From a virus (Duplodnaviria > Heunggongvirae > Uroviricota > Caudoviricetes): a stretch of 64,000 nucleotides of DNA. The translations under genes and the position numbers were made by a program. Where the stretch lies: IMG/VR virus record IMGVR_UViG_3300042890_002891, positions 130,831 to 194,830 of that record. The stretch is one strand, 5' to 3'. The notes below the pieces were generated by a model. That model searched no databases. It was given only the letters and a program-made list of their open reading frames with translations, and was not told the origin of the DNA. Below are positions 19,958-27,727 of this stretch, piece after piece (within the stretch, counting starts at the first letter, position 1; each line of letters begins with the position of its first letter).

Positions 19958-20575
19958 TTATACTCCCATCACGTGCAGAGCATGTTCATAGTGACTGATA
20001 CGATCTTCCAGGCCAATGTAGCCACCATTGATGGCTCGGGTCAGTCCCTTGATATCGCCGGCATCGGCATAGCGATTCAGATTGTTGGTTTCCCAAAACC
20101 AACAGGCGCTTTGTGCAGCACCTTCAAATGTGGCCAGATATTCTGCTGCTTCTTCCACAGGGATATCCATGCTGCCTGCAAAGAATGTGTAGTTGTCTCG
20201 GCCGGTGAGCTGAATAAGTCCACGTCCGCAGTAGCGCCAGCCATCTCCAGACGCTTCGTCACCGTTGCCCATTCTGTTGGCATACACTCGATTGGCAATG
20301 CGCTCAGGCTTGTTGGCATACTGTGCTGCAATGTCTGCTGTGGGGAAATACTTGGCAAAGGTTTTCATTAAACTAGCGGCCTTGTAGTTGAGATTTTCCT
20401 TGATAAAAACAAAGTTACCTGACTCATGGGCGCACTGTGCCACAAATGCTGCCACACGTTGTGGAGTGTTGATTTCGTAGTCATCCAGCAACTGTTCCAG
20501 GGCTGCATACCAGTGGTCAATGTGGGGATTCTTGACCATTTGTTTTAGTTGTTCTTTGGTTAGTATTGTGCTCAT
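19958..20575 (-). CDS. Endolysin, glycoside hydrolase family 19
   Basis: FVAQCAHESG...ENLNY...YCGRGLIQLTG...INGGYIGLEDR. Confidence 0.9.
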   Translation of the reverse strand: MSTILTKEQLKQMVKNPHIDHWYAALEQLLDDYEINTPQRVAAFVAQCAHESGNFVFIKENLNYKAASLMKTFAKYFPTADIAAQYANKPERIANRVYANRMGNGDEASGDGWRYCGRGLIQLTGRDNYTFFAGSMDIPVEEAAEYLATFEGAAQSACWFWETNNLNRYADAGDIKGLTRAINGGYIGLEDRISHYEHALHVMGV

Positions 20576-20769
20576 TTTGTTTTCTTTCTTATCAAGTCAA
20601 ATGCTCGCCACACTGCCCAAGCGGCCAGCACAGCAAATATCACAGTCACAGCAATGTCTGTTGTGGTCCATTCCGCTGGTGGCAGCTCTTGTGCTGTGTA
20701 TTGTTTGAGTTCTACCGCGTTAGCAGCAGGATGCTGAGCATTGTATTGCTCTTGTGCATGATTGTTCAT
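20572..20769 (-). CDS. Small membrane protein
   Basis: One C-terminal TM helix; overlaps both neighbours. Confidence 0.55.
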   Translation of the reverse strand: MNNHAQEQYNAQHPAANAVELKQYTAQELPPAEWTTTDIAVTVIFAVLAAWAVWRAFDLIRKKTK

Positions 20770-21035
20770 TTGCCCACGCCTTCAAAGATGCGGCGTTGTA
20801 TTTCATACCATTCAATCCAGGCATCTGTTTTCACAGCACACTCATAGTAGGTGCTGTAGTTGATGGTGATGGTTCTGCTGACGTCACTGAGTAGGGCATC
20901 GTCTTTTAGTTTCTGCAGGTTGGGACAGGTAACCATGGCCTGCTTTCCCGGTGCTTCGGGGAATGTCATTGACACAGGTACCAAGGTGCTGCATGCTGAT
21001 AATAAGAGTGCTAGTGCTAATACAAAGATTTTCAT
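20766..21035 (-). CDS. Outer-membrane lipoprotein, o-spanin (Rz1)-like
   Basis: Lipobox LSAC after a hydrophobic stretch; Pro/Cys-rich; next to endolysin. Confidence 0.65.
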   Translation of the reverse strand: MKIFVLALALLLSACSTLVPVSMTFPEAPGKQAMVTCPNLQKLKDDALLSDVSRTITINYSTYYECAVKTDAWIEWYEIQRRIFEGVGK

Positions 21036-23341
21036 TTTTTCTTGGCCCTTCCTGATTTCATATTTGCTAACCAATGGGCTAGTTGTCCTTTGCGTCCACC
21101 CTGCTTGGCAGTTTTGCGTAGACTGCTTACACTGGCTTTGGTGTTGATACCGTGACGTTTGGCATCGCCTTTGTCTTGAGGATTGCGACCGTCGGCAAAG
21201 TTTTCATCGACTTCTTTATCCATTCGTTGAGCTTGTTTAAATGCGGTATCATACCTTTTGCTATCTTGTGTTGCTGGATTGCGTATAGCATCATCACCGC
21301 CAATACGGCCTTTTTGTATATTAGTAGCCAAGGTGTTGGCCAAGGTGTTAGTTCCAACAAATTTACTGCGTAGTTTTGCCTGTTTCATGCCTTGGATAGC
21401 TTGTTTTGTTTCTGGTCCAGTGTAGGCATTTACTTGGAATACAGGAGTTTGTTTATTGGCTCTAGGAATATCTTGCACTCCGGTTTCGCAACGAACTGCA
21501 AGAGGCTCGCTTGGTATGTCTAGGCGTTTAAAATAAAAACTACTATTAGTCTTGATATCTTGTATCCAAAAAGCTCCACCCTTTGGCACCTTATCTTCTA
21601 AATCAGGAATCATATCTACCATGGTTACAAGATTACTCATCATTCTGGGACCTATGTTTCTAGTCATAGCACGGATTACACTGTGATTATCAAGATATAC
21701 TATCCAGTCACCTACACGATGTTTAATAATTTCGGTATGCTGATGATTCGAGCCTTCCGCCACAGCTTGCTGACCTCCGGTCCATGTTGCCATGAGCAAA
21801 TTGTCTGAATCGTAACCGTATAACTTGCTCAATTTATTTTTAACAGCAGGGGTGAGTTGGCCATTTCCAGGCACAACATCAAATGCCCAATAGGTACGGT
21901 TGTTGTTTTTGGCCACAAACTGTCCACCCAACTGCATCAATTGATCTATAGTGTTGTCAACTTGTCTGGACTTGTCAAGCTGGAAGTCGGCTAGATCCAA
22001 CAGTCCTTTGATCTCAACCCCAGGAATAGAGGCCAGGCTCAGCCAGTTTCTACGACCGCCGGGAGTTTGACTATCGCCAGAAATCAAGGTCTTTTTCATT
22101 ATGGTCAACACAATGCCATACAAGGCTCGGGCCAGGCCGCGTCCGCGATAGTTTTCGTCAACAGTGATAGAACCAACTTGAACACTGTCAGGAATCACAC
22201 CTTTTCCCAAGTACAAACCTGCCACAATAGACGGTTTTGTTGTTCCGGGAATTCCAGGATCAAGAATATGCACATAAGAATCGTATGTGATTGAATACAT
22301 CAAGCCACTGCCGCCCGGCAGGGCACGAAGGTGTTTTTTTCCTGGAGTACTGAAACGGTCTAGTGTATCTTTACCGCCACGAAAATGAGATTGCTTCATG
22401 TTCTCAATTTCTGTCAAGGAGCCTTCTGTCACATCCTGCTGCTGGTAATAGAAACTGTGAACATCGGTTTCTGGATCGTATTTTACCACAAGGTCGTCCA
22501 ACACAAACTCATCACCATATTCTTCCACAGCTTGAGCAAAGCCAGTGGCATCGCCAAAAACATGCTCTATAACGTCATCATCTGTGCAGTTGCCAATATA
22601 GCTTAGATTGTTCTGGCCTTCTGCTAGGCCCCGCTGACCCTCGTGTTCTCCACGCATGGCACGGTCAACATAGTCGTCTGACACTGCTTGTTCTAGGTCC
22701 ACTTTGACACCCAGTTGTTTTGCCAGTGATAATATTTTGTCACGACTCATGGAGTCTTGATATATTGCACTTAGACTTGCTTGGCCTTCACTGTAATCAC
22801 CCCATTCTTGCCATAATGGAACAACTCCGTCAATTTGTTTTAGTCCGCGATACATCTTTTTCTGCAATGCAGGATCAGTGGCATCTGGGAATTGTGGATT
22901 AACACATACAAATTCTATTTCTTTGTATCCAGCCGGTGCTTCTGAAACATCTTGCTTGCCTGCCTGTGTGGCTATCTGCATGGCATTGGCCAAGTCTTGT
23001 TTAGTGAACCGTTTCAATTCACCACGCAGCATCGCCTGCTTGATCTCTTCGGGCCCAAAGTTCACATACTGTGTGTCAACACCACCTGTTGTGTCTGGTC
23101 CCACCAACTGTTGTTCATTGTCGAATCTACCACGGCAGTCATATGCCGTGCCATCTGGCGCCACTGTGTACACATGATCCACACGATACTCAGTGTCATC
23201 AGCAGCATCATCGTCATAGCCTACATGGGCACGTATTTGCCAATCAGGGTGCAACTGCTTCAATGCCATGGCCATCACATGACAGTGTCCTGCCATAAAA
23301 TCGTGACCCTTGACTTCTGAAACAAATTCACTTGCTCTCAT
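21032..23341 (-). CDS. Modular polyprotein A (CTS-like leader; about 6 modules including a GNAT domain)
   Basis: MRASEFVSE; linkers QDVSEA, RGLAEG, QDVTEG, QAVAEG; GNAT motif A VDENYRGRGLARALY. Confidence 0.75.
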   Translation of the reverse strand: MRASEFVSEVKGHDFMAGHCHVMAMALKQLHPDWQIRAHVGYDDDAADDTEYRVDHVYTVAPDGTAYDCRGRFDNEQQLVGPDTTGGVDTQYVNFGPEEIKQAMLRGELKRFTKQDLANAMQIATQAGKQDVSEAPAGYKEIEFVCVNPQFPDATDPALQKKMYRGLKQIDGVVPLWQEWGDYSEGQASLSAIYQDSMSRDKILSLAKQLGVKVDLEQAVSDDYVDRAMRGEHEGQRGLAEGQNNLSYIGNCTDDDVIEHVFGDATGFAQAVEEYGDEFVLDDLVVKYDPETDVHSFYYQQQDVTEGSLTEIENMKQSHFRGGKDTLDRFSTPGKKHLRALPGGSGLMYSITYDSYVHILDPGIPGTTKPSIVAGLYLGKGVIPDSVQVGSITVDENYRGRGLARALYGIVLTIMKKTLISGDSQTPGGRRNWLSLASIPGVEIKGLLDLADFQLDKSRQVDNTIDQLMQLGGQFVAKNNNRTYWAFDVVPGNGQLTPAVKNKLSKLYGYDSDNLLMATWTGGQQAVAEGSNHQHTEIIKHRVGDWIVYLDNHSVIRAMTRNIGPRMMSNLVTMVDMIPDLEDKVPKGGAFWIQDIKTNSSFYFKRLDIPSEPLAVRCETGVQDIPRANKQTPVFQVNAYTGPETKQAIQGMKQAKLRSKFVGTNTLANTLATNIQKGRIGGDDAIRNPATQDSKRYDTAFKQAQRMDKEVDENFADGRNPQDKGDAKRHGINTKASVSSLRKTAKQGGRKGQLAHWLANMKSGRAKKK

Positions 23342-25111
23342 TTAGCAGTTCCATTTACGCAGGGCCAGAGCCTTGCGGGTAGGTTTACCATTGGGCTTTT
23401 TCATTGGGCCTTTTACGCCGCCCATTCTGGCACAGAATGATTTGCGGCGTTTGGCTGCTTTGGAGCCAGGCTTGAGTTTTGACGGCTTGGTTGTGACTGC
23501 TGTTTGCAGTTTTGATCCGGGATTCTCTCTGCGATAACTGGCCACACCCTTGGCGTTGAGCCCGCCCCGGGCGCTCTTGCCTTCTTTTCTGCGCCAGGCT
23601 GCTGTTTCGTACAGTTCGTGATCATCCACTGACTCAAAGTCTTCCCAGATCACATCTGAATCCACACCATGTGATTCGGCCAGTTGTTCTACCATGTCTT
23701 CGATCATGTCAAACTGCTGATCTGTTGTGAGTTCTTCTGTGACAGGCACACAGTTGGGCACCTGGCGGCCACTTTTGTTTTTCATGCCCTGTTGCTGATA
23801 GCCGTCCCAGCATTTTTCATCCAGTTGCTGTTCTGCCATGCCTGGCTTTTGTTTATAAATTGTAACTTGTGTTGAACTGTTGAACTGGCCGCCATTTTGT
23901 TCAATAAAGTCAAGTAGTTGATCATATGCGGCTTGAGCAGTTTGACCACCTTCAAAACGCCGAGATACAATCTCAATACCTATTCCATTTCCTTCTATAG
24001 AATTATCTCTTTCTACCTGATATGCTCTGCCAATTTTGTTTTGGATCATGCTAACAACAGATTGATCTGGACACAACACTTCAATTGCAAATGCTACTGG
24101 ATATTTGCCACCAAGCAGTTGCGTTGCTTTGTAAGGCGAAGTTTTTACCGTGTTGAATTCTTCCGAGCCTTCTGCCACACCTTGCTTTTTATTGTCTTGC
24201 TGTTTATCGCCTTGACGCCACCAATATGCGTTGTATTCTTTGCTGTCGTAGCCAGGTACTTTGGCATCACTACCGTGTTTGGCACGCCACTCACGCTTGA
24301 ATGCGTTGTATTGTGTCATACCTTTGTCTTCCGCTACACCTTGCTGACTATTGATGCTTACATAGGCGACTGGAATAGTTTTCATCTCAGCTAACCAAAA
24401 CGCCACCATTCTATGACGGCCTTCCATAACAAACAAATGTGGATCACCTGCTTCTACATAGATGGGCAATGGCTTTGCTCCACGCTTTAACAACTTCAAA
24501 ATACGATTAGTGCGGTCTTCATCTTCGGGAAATTCATCATATGTCCCATACATTTCACGAATCTGTTTGATGAACTTTTCAATAGATTCTTGCTTGACTT
24601 CAACTGACAATTTATCAGGAGTAGTATTCATCCAATCAGCAACATCGTCTAAATCTTGCTGATTGTGTTTTGAGCCTTCCGCCATGCCTTGCTTCTTGAT
24701 AGGAGTTAGTGTAAAATCTTTATTGACTAAAAATTGCTTTCTTTGTCTGGGACCGATCTTTTGTCCATCGGTATAGTGGAATAATACTTCAACATAAACT
24801 TTGCCGTCGTGCTTATAGTATTGAATGTCAGTATAGGCACCTGCCACTTTTTCAGGATCTAAATATTGGTTTAACGCAGTCCCTATTCGACTTCTGATTT
24901 GTAGTCGAGGAGTGAACTTAGCATCTTCTTCTTCACCTTCCGCCACGCTTTGCTTTTTAGTCTCTGGTGGTTTGGCCACACCGTCTTTGCCTCGGACCAA
25001 CCCAAGTACGGCAGACATATCTCTAGCACCTTTGAGAGCACCCTGGGCTAGTTTCTTTTCTTTTGATCCCATCTTGGGTGCAGAGTCTTTGGAGCCTTCC
25101 GCCATGCTTTC
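21753..25111 (-). repeat. Ten dispersed in-frame copies of the ~17-nt linker repeat (CAAGGTGTGGCGGAAGG-like)
   Basis: 21753-21769, 22422-22438, 22617-22633, 22938-22954, 23830-23845, 24168-24184, 24327-24343, 24675-24691, 24936-24952, 25095-25111. Confidence 0.85.
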
Positions 25112-25318
25112 TGACTTGTTGCCATAGTTGCTGGCACCTTTTTTGCGACACTGTACCAAACGACCAGACGCATAGGCACTGGGCCATACTTTTGCTGAAG
25201 CCTTGACCTTGTAGTAGCAGGCATCTTTCTTTTCTATTAGATCTGAATATTCCATCAAGGGTCCACCACAGTGCGGACATTTTTGTTGTGATTCTGTAAT
25301 GATATCATTTATGTTCAT
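23342..25318 (-). CDS. Modular polyprotein B (CTS-like leader; ParB-like, amidoligase-like and basic modules)
   Basis: MNINDIITE; six xxAE linkers; VMEGRHRM; GIEIVS...FNSST; basic C-terminus AAWRRKEGK...RKWNC. Confidence 0.75.
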   Translation of the reverse strand: MNINDIITESQQKCPHCGGPLMEYSDLIEKKDACYYKVKASAKVWPSAYASGRLVQCRKKGASNYGNKSESMAEGSKDSAPKMGSKEKKLAQGALKGARDMSAVLGLVRGKDGVAKPPETKKQSVAEGEEEDAKFTPRLQIRSRIGTALNQYLDPEKVAGAYTDIQYYKHDGKVYVEVLFHYTDGQKIGPRQRKQFLVNKDFTLTPIKKQGMAEGSKHNQQDLDDVADWMNTTPDKLSVEVKQESIEKFIKQIREMYGTYDEFPEDEDRTNRILKLLKRGAKPLPIYVEAGDPHLFVMEGRHRMVAFWLAEMKTIPVAYVSINSQQGVAEDKGMTQYNAFKREWRAKHGSDAKVPGYDSKEYNAYWWRQGDKQQDNKKQGVAEGSEEFNTVKTSPYKATQLLGGKYPVAFAIEVLCPDQSVVSMIQNKIGRAYQVERDNSIEGNGIGIEIVSRRFEGGQTAQAAYDQLLDFIEQNGGQFNSSTQVTIYKQKPGMAEQQLDEKCWDGYQQQGMKNKSGRQVPNCVPVTEELTTDQQFDMIEDMVEQLAESHGVDSDVIWEDFESVDDHELYETAAWRRKEGKSARGGLNAKGVASYRRENPGSKLQTAVTTKPSKLKPGSKAAKRRKSFCARMGGVKGPMKKPNGKPTRKALALRKWNC

Positions 25319-25758
25319 TTTTTCTTTCCTTTTGTGCTGACATTTATTGCTGCTCCTGAACGATTGGCGTCAGGATCTTGTCGTCGTTTTCTGGCCGCTG
25401 CTGATGCACGACCTTTCTTGCCCAGTGCATTGGCCTTGGCTCGTGGCAAACACTTGGGCTTGCCTTCTGATTTGGAACCTCGAGCACAGTCACCGCGTAT
25501 TTTGCCGTCTGGTCCAAAGCGTACCCATTTGTCCTTGAACCAGTCTCGAAGATTTTCATTCACGTCTGAGTCAGCATGTGCCTCACACATGCCACAGTCT
25601 TCGCACACCATTTCCATCACAGTGTCATCAACAGATTCGTTGTGTTTGCGTTTGCCTGCACAATGGGCCTTTTGTGAGAAGCCTTTTGGGTGAGCACAAT
25701 TGATGCTCTTTTTGTATTTTGGGCTCCACTTTTCAGTGACAAATTCTGTGGCTCTCAT
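25315..25758 (-). CDS. Small basic Cys-containing protein with CTS-like N-terminus
   Basis: MRATEFVTE/KWSPKYKKSINC; second module after VNE/NLRDWF. Confidence 0.7.
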   Translation of the reverse strand: MRATEFVTEKWSPKYKKSINCAHPKGFSQKAHCAGKRKHNESVDDTVMEMVCEDCGMCEAHADSDVNENLRDWFKDKWVRFGPDGKIRGDCARGSKSEGKPKCLPRAKANALGKKGRASAAARKRRQDPDANRSGAAINVSTKGKKK

Positions 25759-26195
25759 TTGACTGGCTCCGCTGCACGATTGTGTGCCTGAACAAATGGT
25801 GCAGGTATCACACAGGTGTTGTCGTATTTGACAACTTCGCGATCCACAAACTGCACAATGTCTTGACCACGACGTGTGATATATTCAGTTTTCTTTATGA
25901 CTCTGGTTTCTATTTTGACATTGGCGTCCTTGGAGGCAGCTTGGGCCACCACAATCTGTGCTTCAAGTTTGGCCACTCGCTCACGCCAGGTCTGTTCCAC
26001 AGCAAGTCCACCACGGAAATACACACCCAGAACCAGCAGTGCGATACCCAGGACTTGTGCAGGTATTCGATACTGATTGACCAAGGGCAGTGTTTTGATG
26101 AAAAAGGCCACAACGGTCAACACAATGCCCGCTATCAGCAGGCCATTGCAGAACCACAAGATTACGCTGTCCGGGAGATATTGCAAGATAAACAT
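25755..26195 (-). CDS. Membrane protein with coiled coil, i-spanin (Rz)-like
   Basis: Two TM helices, coiled coil, ending CVIPAPFVQAHNRAA; TAAATA at 26202. Confidence 0.55.
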   Translation of the reverse strand: MFILQYLPDSVILWFCNGLLIAGIVLTVVAFFIKTLPLVNQYRIPAQVLGIALLVLGVYFRGGLAVEQTWRERVAKLEAQIVVAQAASKDANVKIETRVIKKTEYITRRGQDIVQFVDREVVKYDNTCVIPAPFVQAHNRAAEPVK

Positions 26196-26231
26196 ATATG
26201 ATATTTATCCGTCCGGAACCGTGTTGTGTGT

Positions 26232-27086
26232 TTAGGTCAGACCCATGCTTTTTCTAATGGCTGTGCCTGATATGCTGGTGACGGATTCATCAAAGGTTTC
26301 TTCTGCATGTGTGTAGCCCACACCGCGACCCCAGCCAATATGCACAATGTTGGGCACAATTTGTATTTCATACTGTCCCTGGTATAGCGGATCTAGATCT
26401 CGCTTGATGGCTGCTCGAACCTGATCAATTGCAAAAGGATTTGATCCTTGCCAGCCCTGTACATCGCGCACTTGAATAACCACTTGCCCTGTGCGGGCTA
26501 TGAGTCTTTCAAACAAGGCTCTATGCCCTGCATGCCAAGGTTGCCAGCGTCCCATCATCTGCACAGTTTCCCGCTTCCAGTCAAACACAGGTCTGCGACG
26601 ATTTTCAAGAATATGGTTTCCAATAAATTCAGCCCATTTGTCTGCGTCTTGTTCTGTCACACGGAAATCATATACTTCAGGTTCAACAAAGGCCCGGTTG
26701 GTATCTTCAAATCGGCCAGCGTCAATGGTGTCTACCCAAATTGTCCAGTCTGCTTTGAAGTTGTTGCGCATCTCAACCAAGGGTGCCACAAAATCACAGA
26801 TCACATAGTCACTGGTGCAGCTGAGTGCAAAATCAGCCATTCTTATGCTCTGGCGTATGCGTCCTTCACGGCTGAAGTCCCAGTCATTGAATCTTTTGCG
26901 AACATCGTCAGCATTGAACCAGTCCACTGTGCATGAATATGCAGACGGAGCCATTTCCTGATTGATCATTCTGCTGACAGGCATGTGTCGAATAGTGCTG
27001 TTGGTTTCCAGGAACTTTTTCAAGGCTGTGGCCAAGAATGTTTTACCTGCTCCGGGCAGGCCCATTATGAGAATTCGTTGTGGCAT
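26232..27086 (-). CDS. Adenylylsulfate-kinase-like P-loop domain fused to HIGH-motif nucleotidyltransferase
   Basis: GLPGAGKT...FNADDVR...DWDFSREGRIRQ...DFVAP (CysC-like); GRWQPWHAGH. Confidence 0.75.
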   Translation of the reverse strand: MPQRILIMGLPGAGKTFLATALKKFLETNSTIRHMPVSRMINQEMAPSAYSCTVDWFNADDVRKRFNDWDFSREGRIRQSIRMADFALSCTSDYVICDFVAPLVEMRNNFKADWTIWVDTIDAGRFEDTNRAFVEPEVYDFRVTEQDADKWAEFIGNHILENRRRPVFDWKRETVQMMGRWQPWHAGHRALFERLIARTGQVVIQVRDVQGWQGSNPFAIDQVRAAIKRDLDPLYQGQYEIQIVPNIVHIGWGRGVGYTHAEETFDESVTSISGTAIRKSMGLT

Positions 27087-27706
27087 TATGTGTGTTTCCT
27101 TGAAGCATGTTGTGCAAGTTGATCTGTTGGTTGAGCACCAACAGCGCCAAAGTATTTGGCATTGGTATCATCTGCTAGTATGGCTGTGATTCTGGGATCC
27201 GTAGTTGCAATGGGGAAATTTAATTGTCGCCCAATGGATTCCAGATACTTGTGCCCATAAAGATGCAGTAGTTCATAGCTCAAGAACACAGGTGCTGCTA
27301 GATTGTCAAATTCTTTGAGTGACTGGTCCAGGGTCACTGCACCGCGCACTCGAGTCTGCTGCATACGCACAATGTTTTGATCGCGACCTAGTACGCCAAA
27401 AATCACTCTGTGACCCAGGTTCTGCACACCACGCACAAAGCCCTTGAAGTCGGGTACTGTGGCTGTGCCATTATTCATGTAAGGCACACTCATTGATGTC
27501 ACAAACCAGTCTGCTTGTCGCCAGCTCATTTCATTCAGTCTAGAAGGATCTGCCCAGGCCTGTGCAAATGGCTCTTGATCGTGACCAATCCAGTGTGTGT
27601 CCAGAAGCGCACGCCATCCCAGTACCTGCGGATGTAGAGCAAATATCTTGCTCCATAAGTGGTTGCCTGCGCCTTGCGGGCCTGTTAGTATTAGTAGTGT
27701 TTTCAT
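27086..27706 (-). CDS. Sulfotransferase-like protein
   Basis: ILTGPQGAGNHLWSKIFALHPQV resembles the 5'-PSB loop plus HPxV; VLGRD resembles the 3'-PB motif. Confidence 0.5.
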   Translation of the reverse strand: MKTLLILTGPQGAGNHLWSKIFALHPQVLGWRALLDTHWIGHDQEPFAQAWADPSRLNEMSWRQADWFVTSMSVPYMNNGTATVPDFKGFVRGVQNLGHRVIFGVLGRDQNIVRMQQTRVRGAVTLDQSLKEFDNLAAPVFLSYELLHLYGHKYLESIGRQLNFPIATTDPRITAILADDTNAKYFGAVGAQPTDQLAQHASRKHT

Positions 27707-27727
27707 GTTGATTTTACCTTTGTTCGA

